Assembly: GCA_049969855.1 (NCBI GenBank)
Contig: JBMFOB010000017.1
Location: 1 to 28,096 of the forward strand
Direction of reading: 5' to 3'
DNA: 28,096 nucleotides
Source: Candidatus Bathyarchaeia archaeon
GTDB taxonomy: Archaea > Thermoproteota > Bathyarchaeia > Bathyarchaeales > Bathycorpusculaceae
The notes under the pieces: generated by a model
The model's input: the letters and a program-made list of their open reading frames with translations, nothing else
What the model was told of the DNA's origin: nothing
Databases searched by the model: none
Program-made: the position numbers and the translations under genes
Part shown: piece by piece, positions 1 through 8,214 of the stretch
Layout: every line of letters begins with the position of its first letter
Numbering within the stretch: the stretch's first letter is position 1

Positions 1-52
1 AGAGAAAATATAAAATTTGGAGACTTTTGCTTGTTAAAAAGCTCATTTTTTT

Positions 53-78
53 TGAACATATGTTCATTAAAATGAACA
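53..78. promoter_or_regulatory. Overlapping palindromes, putative transcription-factor operator
   Basis: Perfect 14-bp palindrome TGAACATATGTTCA (53-66) overlaps the inverted repeat TGTTCATT-aa-AATGAACA (61-78), just upstream of TATA-like CTTAAATA (84-91). Confidence 0.45.
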
Positions 79-187
79 AACTCCTTAAATATCTTTCGGA
101 TAACTCTAACATTCTAGGTGAAAAACAACTTCTGCCAATCTTCACCAACGAGTTGTCTTAAAGTTGCTTGAATCTTGCCCAAAAATG

Positions 188-263
188 TGGGGTAGCTGGG
201 ATTTGAACCCAGGACCGCCAGCGCCCCAGGCTGGTATCCTTGACCAAGCTAGACGACTACCCC
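188..263 (-). tRNA. tRNA-Pro(GGG)
   Basis: Reverse complement folds as a cloverleaf: acceptor GGGGTAG/CTACCCC, anticodon arm CCAGC-CTGGGGC-GCTGG, T-loop GTTCAAATC. No intron; CCA not encoded. Confidence 0.96.
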
Positions 264-383
264 AAACATTTTTTTGATTAGAGTGGTAAATTTTAGGTTG
301 AGCAGCCTATTTTCTTTTTCTAAAACATTTTTGGTTTTCAATCATTTTTTGGATTGCCGTGCAACCAATAAGGATAGGCCTCT

Positions 384-692
384 CTAGGTTTTTTGATTTT
401 CTTCTTTGATGTTTTTTGTTGATATTTCCCTTATTAATGGTTCTTTTTTGCCGCCTTCAATTTCTATTTTTGCGTTTGGGTATTCTCTTTGAAGTTGTCT
501 TTTGAGGGCTTCTGCGTCTACGTTTTTTCCAACTTTTGCGTGAACCTTTGTTCCTTCCGGTGTTTGCACTACGTTTATGGAGTATCCGCCTTCTAATTCT
601 TCTGGGAATTCTTCAAAGAATCTTTCGGTGTCTTCAAATAGGGAGTTTCCGAATAGTTCGTCTATTATGCTTTTTCTGCGCTTCTTAGACAT
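384..692 (-). CDS. Hypothetical protein (102 aa)
   Basis: ATG preceded by SD-like AGGTGA; charged soluble composition; loose resemblance to the N-terminal part of archaeal small heat-shock proteins. Confidence 0.8.
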   Translation of the reverse strand: MSKKRRKSIIDELFGNSLFEDTERFFEEFPEELEGGYSINVVQTPEGTKVHAKVGKNVDAEALKRQLQREYPNAKIEIEGGKKEPLIREISTKNIKEENQKT

Positions 693-783
693 GCTTGTTC
701 ACCTTTCAAATTGTAATGGAAAAATTTCATGCTTAAAAATTTAATTAGTTGGTTGGGCTTTTAGCAGTTGTAATGGTGGAAAA

Positions 784-1260
784 ATGGGCAAAGTTATCAT
801 ACTAATGGGTTCAGAGCGTGATTTGGATTTTTGTCGTGAAATAGCCAAGCATTTGAAAGCCTTAGCCATAGAATATGAGTTTCGCGTCGCCTCTGCGCAT
901 AAAACTCCAGAGAAGGTTTTGGAAATTTTAGGCGAGTATGAGAAGGAAAATGTTGTTTATGTTACTGTTGCTGGAAGGTCTAACGCTTTAAGCGGTTTTG
1001 TTGATGCAAACACGACTAAGCCCGTTATTGCTTGTCCGCCCTATTCAGAAAAGTTTGGCGGCGCAGACATCTACTCTTCGCTTAGGGTTCCAAGCGGAAT
1101 AGGCTGTCTGGTAACTATTGAACCTGAAGGCGCAGCCATTGCGGCAGCAAAAATTTTCGCTTTGGAAGATAAGGATTTGGCTAAGCGTTTACGAGATTAT
1201 CAACAATTGAAGAAGCGGGAAATTGAAAGGGCTGATGAGTCTGTTAAAAAGCTGAAATAG
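784..1260 (+). CDS. purE: AIR carboxylase PurE family protein
   Basis: Motifs MGSERD, VASAHKTP, VAGRSNAL, PVIACPP; adjacent to purC. Confidence 0.95.
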   Translation: MGKVIILMGSERDLDFCREIAKHLKALAIEYEFRVASAHKTPEKVLEILGEYEKENVVYVTVAGRSNALSGFVDANTTKPVIACPPYSEKFGGADIYSSLRVPSGIGCLVTIEPEGAAIAAAKIFALEDKDLAKRLRDYQQLKKREIERADESVKKLK

Positions 1261-1266
1261 CGTGCG

Positions 1267-2322
1267 ATGCCTATGGGAAGCGTAAAAGATTTAGAGATTA
1301 TCAAAAAACCGACAAAGGCTAGGATGGGTGTTGGACGCTTTCACTTTTCAGACCGCTATTCTGTTTTTGATTGGGGGGAGATGCCAGACCACATTGAAGG
1401 GAAAGGCGCAGCCCTATGTCTCATGGGTGCTTACTGTTTCGAAAGGCTTGAGGAGAATGGCATTAGAACGCATTATCGGGGTTTGGTTGACAAGAATGGG
1501 CGGGTTTTGCGTTTTGACGAGTTGGAAGAGCCAGCAAATGTTATGGAAATAAGTTTAGTTAACGTTTACAAGCCCAAGGCGTATGTGGAAAGTGGCAAAC
1601 TCAAATATGACTATAGCATTTACACGCCAGAACTGAAGAACTTTCTAATTCCGCTTGAAATAATTTACCGTAATGGCTTGCCAGAAGGCTCATCAGTTTT
1701 CAAACGCTTAGAGCAAGGCTTAGTCACGCTTGAAGAGTTAGGCTTAAACCATTATCCAAAGGCTGGCGAAAGATTAGCTAAACCAATTTTTGACGTAAGC
1801 ACAAAGTTGGAACAGAGCGACCGCTATGTAAGCTGGAAAGAAGCGCAACAGATTGCGGGTTTAACAGACAGCGAACTGGAAGAAGTTAAAAGTGTGCTTT
1901 TAAAAGTGGATGAAACTATTACGGAAATAGCCTCTAAAGCGGGTTTGGTGAATGAGGATGGCAAAATAGAGTTGGCTTTTGATCCGCAAAGAAGGCTTAT
2001 GGTTGTTGATGTTGTTGGCACATTGGATGAGTGCAGATTCACCTATGAAGGGTTGCATGTGAGCAAGGAAATAGCCCGCATATACTATAGGCGAACGGAA
2101 TGGGCGAAAGAGGTGGAAGAAGCAAAAAGAAAAGCAAAAGAAAAAGGCATAGAAGACTGGAAAAAGCTGGTGAAAACTGAACCGCCAAAACTAGACCCAA
2201 AACTGAAAAGGATAATAACTCAAATGTACATGGCAACAACAAACGAAATCACCAAAAGAAAAATGTTCGATGTTCCAAAACTCGCAAATATCATCAAGGA
2301 ATATGAAAAATACTGGACATAG
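1267..2322 (+). CDS. purC: SAICAR synthetase (long archaeal type); start may be 1273
   Basis: GSVKD, FSDRYSVFDWG, STKLE, DGKIE, GTLDECRF, SKE motifs; 6 nt downstream of purE. Confidence 0.95.
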   Translation: MPMGSVKDLEIIKKPTKARMGVGRFHFSDRYSVFDWGEMPDHIEGKGAALCLMGAYCFERLEENGIRTHYRGLVDKNGRVLRFDELEEPANVMEISLVNVYKPKAYVESGKLKYDYSIYTPELKNFLIPLEIIYRNGLPEGSSVFKRLEQGLVTLEELGLNHYPKAGERLAKPIFDVSTKLEQSDRYVSWKEAQQIAGLTDSELEEVKSVLLKVDETITEIASKAGLVNEDGKIELAFDPQRRLMVVDVVGTLDECRFTYEGLHVSKEIARIYYRRTEWAKEVEEAKRKAKEKGIEDWKKLVKTEPPKLDPKLKRIITQMYMATTNEITKRKMFDVPKLANIIKEYEKYWT

Positions 2323-2350
2323 ATATCGAAAAGTTGGTATGTTTCTCGGG

Positions 2351-2503
2351 TTATGTTCTTTTTTGGTATTCTGTTAAGAATGCTTCCAAAAATTCTTTAA
2401 CAGTCTTTCTAAACTCTTTCAATTCTTTTGATATGTCCCCATATTTTTCAGCCATATCCTTAAAATTCCTGTTTGTATTCTCCCTAAACCTCTTCAACCT
2501 CAC
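2351..2503 (-). CDS. Small 50-aa helical ORF or gene remnant, absent from the ORF track
   Basis: GTG overlaps the hicA stop (TAGTG); reads MRLKRFRENTNRNFKDMAEKYGDISKELKEFRKTVKEFLEAFLTEYQKRT*. Confidence 0.45.
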   Translation of the reverse strand: MRLKRFRENTNRNFKDMAEKYGDISKELKEFRKTVKEFLEAFLTEYQKRT

Positions 2504-2733
2504 TATACTTTCTCCAGCAGTTTCAAAAATTCTTCCCTCGTTAGTTTCGCATCCTTAATAATCTTCAAAAGCAATCCAACACCAATTTTTTCACCAGCAT
2601 GTACTGGAATTACGGTTATTCTTCCATCAGAATGCTTCAAAACAACATGACTGCCGCGTCTTCTGACAACTTTAAAGCCTAAAAAATACAAAACTTTCAT
2701 GACTTTTCTAGCAGGTAAAGGCTTTAAACTCAC
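2503..2733 (-). CDS. hicA: HicA family toxin (mRNA interferase)
   Basis: 76 aa basic protein with GF..VRRRGSHVVLKH and TVIPVH; overlaps hicB by 4 nt. Confidence 0.93.
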   Translation of the reverse strand: MSLKPLPARKVMKVLYFLGFKVVRRRGSHVVLKHSDGRITVIPVHAGEKIGVGLLLKIIKDAKLTREEFLKLLEKV

Positions 2734-2951
2734 TTAACATGAACCTCGACAAACTGTAAACCAATAAGCTCAATGCCCTCGCTTGGTTTACCCTCAGCTT
2801 CCAAGTAAGCCTCAATAGCCTCCTTAATCCTCACAATCAACTCATCAAGAGTTTTGGCTTGCGTATGGCAGCCGGGCAATTCTGGAACTGAAGCCACATA
2901 ATACCCATCCGCGTCCCGCTCAACAACAACAGCGAATCTCAACCAAACCAT
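2730..2951 (-). CDS. hicB: HicB family antitoxin (short form, no DNA-binding domain)
   Basis: YYVASVPELPGCHTQAKTLDEL..RIKEAIEAYLE signature. Confidence 0.93.
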   Translation of the reverse strand: MVWLRFAVVVERDADGYYVASVPELPGCHTQAKTLDELIVRIKEAIEAYLEAEGKPSEGIELIGLQFVEVHVK

Positions 2952-3022
2952 CCCATAAAATTCATAGACAAACCTATTACTAAAAGTTTCCTAAATAGAA
3001 AAAGTTTCGAAGGGCAAAAGCT

Positions 3023-4456
3023 CTATGTTACTAGTTCGTGTAGTTGGTTTGTTTTCCATGCCCGTCGGATTTCTAGGGCTATACGGTCTCCAGTGCTCAT
3101 TCGCCGCTTATATTTGGCGTTAGCATATTGTGCTCCTAATCCCATGTGGACGTTTGTTCCTCCGCCGTGTCTTAGGGCTACGTCTTGCGTTACTGGAATG
3201 TGCATGTATGGGTCGCGTTCTTCTGGCACATCATATAAGCCATAATCCGCTGCTGTTTTTGCTTCCACACCGCTTGTAAAGTCAAGCTTAACTGTTGGTT
3301 TAAGCTCATATTTGCTGACGCGGTCCCAAGTTATGAGCGTTTGCAAGCACCATGCGCCTATTATGCCTGGTGGCTCGTGTTCTTTGCATGCCAGTAAAAA
3401 GCGGTCTGCGTAGCGGTGCACGTCTTTTAGTAGGGATTCTCTTAGGCTTAGGATGGCGTGGGCTGTCACTTCAAAGGAGGGAACTTTCTTTATTTTTTGT
3501 TGCACATCAGCTGGAAGCCTTTTAACGCCGTCTAAAATTGTTTCTCTTCTTTCGTCTATGGATAAGAACTGATTTGCTAGGCATATTCTGGCTTCTTCTA
3601 TGCTGACATTGTAAAGTTTCGCAAACCATTCCTCAGCGTCTCCCCAGTGACTTTTTGCGTCCAGAGGCGAGAAGAAGAAGTTAAAGTTTGCATGGGGACC
3701 CAAAACAATTTGTTCAACACGGGCTCTTTCCAACACTTCTCTGTTCAAGTTTCCAGCTTCAACTTCTTGTGCAACTTTTTCCTCCAAGTCTTGCGAGTCT
3801 GCAGCGAAAATGAATTCTCTTTCAAAAACTCTATGAGGATGCTCAGCCTTCAAAAGCATTGGCTCATCAACGGGTTCCTTAAACTTTATTCCATCCTCAT
3901 AAACTGCGTAGTGGTAGGATTTTGGGTATGGAATTCCCGCTTGTTCGGCAAACCAGTAATAGTCCTTTTCTATTTCGCCTCTGTTTTCTATTTTTAAAAG
4001 CCTTCTCGAACCCATAAGCGGAACCGCATATTCATTTTCGATTACGCTGCAGTGTTCATCTCCGCCAACATAAACTGAGAAGGCTCTGTTAGTTATTTGC
4101 AAGCATTCTAAATTGACAAGTTCATCTACATATTTCACTATGTCTGAGTATTTGTCCAGAATGAGGATGACGCTTTTCCAGTCACCGTCCTTTTTTATGT
4201 CTTTGGGGTCATTTACAACGCGTAAGTCTCTCCTAACCAAAATTGGCAAATTTTCTACAATTTCGTCTGGTTTGCCAACCATGGGATTTTGAAGGTAAAT
4301 TCTTGCTCTGCCTGGAGTTGTGTATATTATGCTTCTTATGCCATAGTTGCGTTGTCCTTGCCAAGCGTCTAAGGCTGAATGCGAACCCAAGTTTAATCCA
4401 ATTGGCTCTTGGTATTTTTTGACTATTTCCTGCATTTCCTCTCTGCTGATAACCAT
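3023..4456 (-). CDS. purP: PurP-like FAICAR synthetase family ATP-grasp protein (DUF1246/DUF1297)
   Basis: GSHSALD, NRAF..Y, GSRRLLKIE, SLRESLL, PPGIIGAWCLQ, DVALRHGGGTN, MSTGDRIALEI; lies in the pur cluster. Confidence 0.85.
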   Translation of the reverse strand: MVISREEMQEIVKKYQEPIGLNLGSHSALDAWQGQRNYGIRSIIYTTPGRARIYLQNPMVGKPDEIVENLPILVRRDLRVVNDPKDIKKDGDWKSVILILDKYSDIVKYVDELVNLECLQITNRAFSVYVGGDEHCSVIENEYAVPLMGSRRLLKIENRGEIEKDYYWFAEQAGIPYPKSYHYAVYEDGIKFKEPVDEPMLLKAEHPHRVFEREFIFAADSQDLEEKVAQEVEAGNLNREVLERARVEQIVLGPHANFNFFFSPLDAKSHWGDAEEWFAKLYNVSIEEARICLANQFLSIDERRETILDGVKRLPADVQQKIKKVPSFEVTAHAILSLRESLLKDVHRYADRFLLACKEHEPPGIIGAWCLQTLITWDRVSKYELKPTVKLDFTSGVEAKTAADYGLYDVPEERDPYMHIPVTQDVALRHGGGTNVHMGLGAQYANAKYKRRMSTGDRIALEIRRAWKTNQLHELVT

Positions 4457-4597
4457 TTATACTCACCATTTTAGTTAGGAAGTTGGAAAGTCAATGTTTT
4501 AAATCTTTTTTACACGCAAGGATAAATTGCATGTAGAATTTTCTTCTATTTTATTTTTCCATGCATAGTTATAAGGGGAAAAACATTTTTCATTTTT

Positions 4598-4620
4598 GGG
4601 GAGAAGGAGAGAAGGGAGAA
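4598..4620. repeat. GA-only motif, copy 1 (GGGGAGAAGGAGAGAAGGGAGAA)
   Basis: Identical to 12817-12840 except for one fewer A. Confidence 0.85.
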
Positions 4621-4806
4621 TTGGCTGAGGCTTGCGGTTGGCTCTTTGTGGATTCCATTCCCCTACTTTATGAAAAGCGAAGAGTTGCGAGGCAACTTCA
4701 AATCGAAACGTGGCTTGACCTTTCCCAACTCGCAAAAGAGTTAGGAATTGAAAAATTAGATGAAGCCAAACGGGAAGTGCGCCAAGCAACCAATTACATA
4801 GTTTAA
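4621..4806 (+). CDS. Small hypothetical protein (61 aa from TTG 4621; ORF open from 4561)
   Basis: TTG directly after the purine-rich tract; TATA-like TTATAA at 4569-4574; amphipathic charged sequence; stop shares TTAA with the convergent kinase gene. Confidence 0.55.
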   Translation: MAEACGWLFVDSIPLLYEKRRVARQLQIETWLDLSQLAKELGIEKLDEAKREVRQATNYIV

Positions 4807-5549
4807 AGACCGCAAGCCTCAAGCACTCTTTCAAAATTTTCACGAGACCCATCACGTTTATAACGTCTCAAAGCTTCAATAATCATATTCCCATTCCTTC
4901 TACCAATTTTTTCAGAAACTTTTTCGGCTGTTGCTCCGCTGATGAAGAGAAATTGGCAAATTGAAGTAACATTTGAAGGCTTTCGGTTTAGGCTTGCAGT
5001 CTCAAAATCAACAATGAATGGATTAGCTCTTCCATCAATTATTATGTGTTTTGGAGCGTGGCTAAGTTCTCCATGGTCCAAACCAGCCTTATCCAAAAGC
5101 CAACACTGTTCCAAAACATCACGCAAAACCCGCTTTATCAACGTCTTTCCTTTGCAACCGCCTAGCCATTCTGGAAACAATTTGCCATCAACAAACTGCA
5201 TTAAAATGAAGTTTTTGCTCACCGCCAAAAGTTTTGGACCAACACCAATTGAATTTGCCTTTTTAAGCATTTTCGCTTCCCTTACCATCTTGATGCGGTC
5301 TGCATCTACTCTGCGAATCTTTAAAGCTGCCTTTTCGTGATTTATGTGAGCTATGGTTACTATGCCAACGCAGCCTTTACCTAAAACTGGCATGTTAAAA
5401 ACCTTCTTCCCTCCCTTAAGCTCCAATGCTTTGACGCCTAATTTCTGCAGTTCTTTTAGGCGTTTCTTAAATTCCGCCTTTGTAGGTTTAGGATAACAAA
5501 TTAATGCTGCATAATCTTCCTTTTCCAGCTCTTCAATTGATATTTTCAT
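4803..5549 (-). CDS. Archaeal Ser/Thr protein kinase (RIO/Bud32-like fold)
   Basis: Gly loop LGKGCVGIV, ALKIRR, catalytic loop DHGELS, VDFE. Start 5549 preferred; ORF open to 5579. Confidence 0.88.
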   Translation of the reverse strand: MKISIEELEKEDYAALICYPKPTKAEFKKRLKELQKLGVKALELKGGKKVFNMPVLGKGCVGIVTIAHINHEKAALKIRRVDADRIKMVREAKMLKKANSIGVGPKLLAVSKNFILMQFVDGKLFPEWLGGCKGKTLIKRVLRDVLEQCWLLDKAGLDHGELSHAPKHIIIDGRANPFIVDFETASLNRKPSNVTSICQFLFISGATAEKVSEKIGRRNGNMIIEALRRYKRDGSRENFERVLEACGL

Positions 5550-5607
5550 TGTTTCCCCGTTTCCTATTATAATACACATATAATGAAACAGAAATGGAAG
5601 CGGATTA

Positions 5608-6678
5608 TCAAATTACCTTTTTCACATACTCAAGGAGGACTGAGGATTTTGTGAATGGCAAGGAGGGTTCTGCTACACAGAAGAGGTAACAACCATATTC
5701 CTTCGCTAATCTGCAATGTTTATATTTCTCTCTCAGCGTCTTCGCTCTTTCAGAATACCATATTTCTTTCAGATTCTGGTTTGTGGCGTTACCTAAATAG
5801 CCTTTTGGCATGCCTAAAACGCACATGGAAGTTACATCTCCATTGTATGCTATGCCCAACTGCATAGAGAAGGGATAACAAACATAATTGGCTCTGTCTC
5901 GCATCAGCGTTAGGAATGCGTCAGTATTTAGCACAGTCTTTCCAAAACTATTTCTCTTATAATAGAGAAGCATGTCTGCAACACGCTTAACAAAGCTCCA
6001 ATCATTAATCTTTAACATACTGGCATCTTCTTTTGTCATAGTTCCCAGTATTGAACCATCAGGAGTTGGCGTTTCAAAAACAGGCTCAAAAGAAACCGTA
6101 GCGTCAAGCTCTTTAGCCATAAACATTAGCTTCCTAACATCTTCTATGCTGTGCTGGGCTGTCAAAACACAGTTCATGTTAACTGCAATTCCATATTTTC
6201 GTGCCAAACGTATGCCTTCAACAGTTCTTTCCAACAGGTTAGGCAAACCTCTTATTTTGTCGTGGCGAGCGTCTGGAAAGTCAACGCTTATGTTAATTGA
6301 ATCGACAAATTTTTCTAGTTCATGGATTCTTTTGGGAAGAAGATAACCATTTGTTAAAAGAAGAGTTGAAAAGCCTGTTTTTTTGGCAAGTTGGAAAACT
6401 TCGGGAATATCCTTCCTCAAAAGTGGTTCTCCGCCTGTTATTGCCAGAATGACACAGCCTAAATCATAGCCTTCGTCAAAAATTTTCTTAATCTTATCTA
6501 AAGGTAAACCCAAAGGAGCGTCTTTAAGCCTCCAATAACCGCAAAAACCACATTTTGCATTGCACCTTTGAGTAATCTCATAACTGAGCAGCAGCGGTGT
6601 TGGATTTTTTAGGATAAAATTGTTGATGCAGCATTTTAGGAAATTCTTTATAGGATAACTTTTGATGGGATATTTCAT
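5608..6678 (-). CDS. Radical SAM protein with C-terminal SPASM/twitch-like domain
   Basis: CNAKCGFC, TGGEPLLR, TNG; C-terminal C..GDV..C..LGN..EIW..C..C..C. Confidence 0.92.
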   Translation of the reverse strand: MKYPIKSYPIKNFLKCCINNFILKNPTPLLLSYEITQRCNAKCGFCGYWRLKDAPLGLPLDKIKKIFDEGYDLGCVILAITGGEPLLRKDIPEVFQLAKKTGFSTLLLTNGYLLPKRIHELEKFVDSINISVDFPDARHDKIRGLPNLLERTVEGIRLARKYGIAVNMNCVLTAQHSIEDVRKLMFMAKELDATVSFEPVFETPTPDGSILGTMTKEDASMLKINDWSFVKRVADMLLYYKRNSFGKTVLNTDAFLTLMRDRANYVCYPFSMQLGIAYNGDVTSMCVLGMPKGYLGNATNQNLKEIWYSERAKTLREKYKHCRLAKEYGCYLFCVAEPSLPFTKSSVLLEYVKKVI

Positions 6679-6682
6679 GGTT

Positions 6683-8110
6683 TTAGCCGTACCTTACTCC
6701 TTGGATAACGTCGTTTATGACGGTGTTAGCCCTTGGAAGGTTAACGAGTAAAACTCCAAGCCTATAAGAGCTTTTAAGCGTTCTCAAAACTTCCTTCAAC
6801 AATTGTTTTGGACTCAGATAAAACTCGCGGAAATGTTCATAAATCATTTGGCGAATTTCCTCAAATGGGACAGTATACGGAGAAACGCTTGGAACATAAA
6901 CGCTTGTTTCCCAACTTTCCTCCTCATTTATCCATCCCTTAGCCACCAAGTCATTCCAGATTTCTGTTCCAGAAAAAGCTCCCAAAATGTTTAAGGATGG
7001 GACGTCAATGTCTAGTTTCTGTGCAAATTTTAAAGTGTTCAGAATTTCCCTGCGTGTTTCGTCTGGGGCGCCTACAATAAAGGAGCCGACAATTACGTCG
7101 ATGCCTGCTTTTCTTGCTTTGCGGACAGCGTCAAGAGACTGTTGCGGGGTTATTCCCTTCTTATAGTAGTCCAAAATTCTTTGGTTTGCACTTTCTATTC
7201 CAAAATAAAGCGTGTTGCAGCCAGCCTTCACCATTTCCCTAAACATGTCATAACTGCTATTATCAACGCGGGAATCGCAAATCCACCTTATATCCAACCC
7301 TTCCTTCCTCATTCTTTGGCAAAGATTCACCACCCGCTTCCTGTTTAAGGTGAAATTGTCATCCACAAAGAGGATTTCCTCATAACCTTGACTTCGCAAG
7401 AGATGCAATTCTTGCATGATATTGTCGACTGACCTTGGTCTCCAAACTCCTCTTGCAAATTTTCTGCATCCACAAAAAGTACAGCGGAAGGGACAGCCGC
7501 GGGATGAGAGAACTGTTGTGAACTTTTTTGTTGCAACTTTTACTCCGAAAATGGTTGAGGTATATTCCGCGTTCATTAAATTGCGGTCTGGAAACGGAAG
7601 TTCATCAATGTTTTTTATTAGAGGTCTGTCTGGGGTGGAAACAATTTTTCCATTATGTCTAAAAGTTATTCCATCAACCTCTCTGAGGTCTCCGCCCTTT
7701 TCCAAACATTTAACCAAATCGAGACATGCAAATTCGCCTTCTCCTCGAACAATTATGTCCACGGATGGATATTTTCTGAGGATTCTTTCTGCGTTAAAAG
7801 TTGCATGATAATTTCCCATGACAATTTTTATGTTTGGGTTCTCCTTTTTTACAAGTTCAGCAATTTTTGGGGCTTCCTTGGCTGCACTGTGCAAAACAGA
7901 AAAACCCAAAATGTCTGGATTTTCCCTCTTAACCCAGTCCACAGCCTTCTTATGAGTATACCCTAAAGCGCTTTGGTCAAGCATGGACACCTCAACGCCT
8001 TCTTTCATTAAAACTCCAGCAATATACAACATACCCAAGGGTGGCCACGCTTTCGTACACATTTCTAAACCGCCCGGCGACTGACTGGGGTTCATGAATG
8101 AGAACTTCAT
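6683..8110 (-). CDS. Cobalamin-binding radical SAM protein (class B methyltransferase-like)
   Basis: WPPLGMLYIA, GNYHAT, RGEGE, SRGCPFRCTFC, DDNF, GIES, FIVGAPDET. Confidence 0.93.
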   Translation of the reverse strand: MKFSFMNPSQSPGGLEMCTKAWPPLGMLYIAGVLMKEGVEVSMLDQSALGYTHKKAVDWVKRENPDILGFSVLHSAAKEAPKIAELVKKENPNIKIVMGNYHATFNAERILRKYPSVDIIVRGEGEFACLDLVKCLEKGGDLREVDGITFRHNGKIVSTPDRPLIKNIDELPFPDRNLMNAEYTSTIFGVKVATKKFTTVLSSRGCPFRCTFCGCRKFARGVWRPRSVDNIMQELHLLRSQGYEEILFVDDNFTLNRKRVVNLCQRMRKEGLDIRWICDSRVDNSSYDMFREMVKAGCNTLYFGIESANQRILDYYKKGITPQQSLDAVRKARKAGIDVIVGSFIVGAPDETRREILNTLKFAQKLDIDVPSLNILGAFSGTEIWNDLVAKGWINEEESWETSVYVPSVSPYTVPFEEIRQMIYEHFREFYLSPKQLLKEVLRTLKSSYRLGVLLVNLPRANTVINDVIQGVRYG

Positions 8111-8214
8111 TTCACATCACATGGCACATCAATTATTTTAAACTGATAAAATAAGCTTTGCCCGAAAATGGCAAAGTTAATAGGAACACTCCTTCCTTCT
8201 CAAAGTGAAAAGAA

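Noticed and set aside
4499-4855. 118-aa minus-strand ORF spanning the GA motif
   Set aside because: Overlaps the kinase 3' end out of frame and has atypical composition; the plus-strand small ORF fits better.
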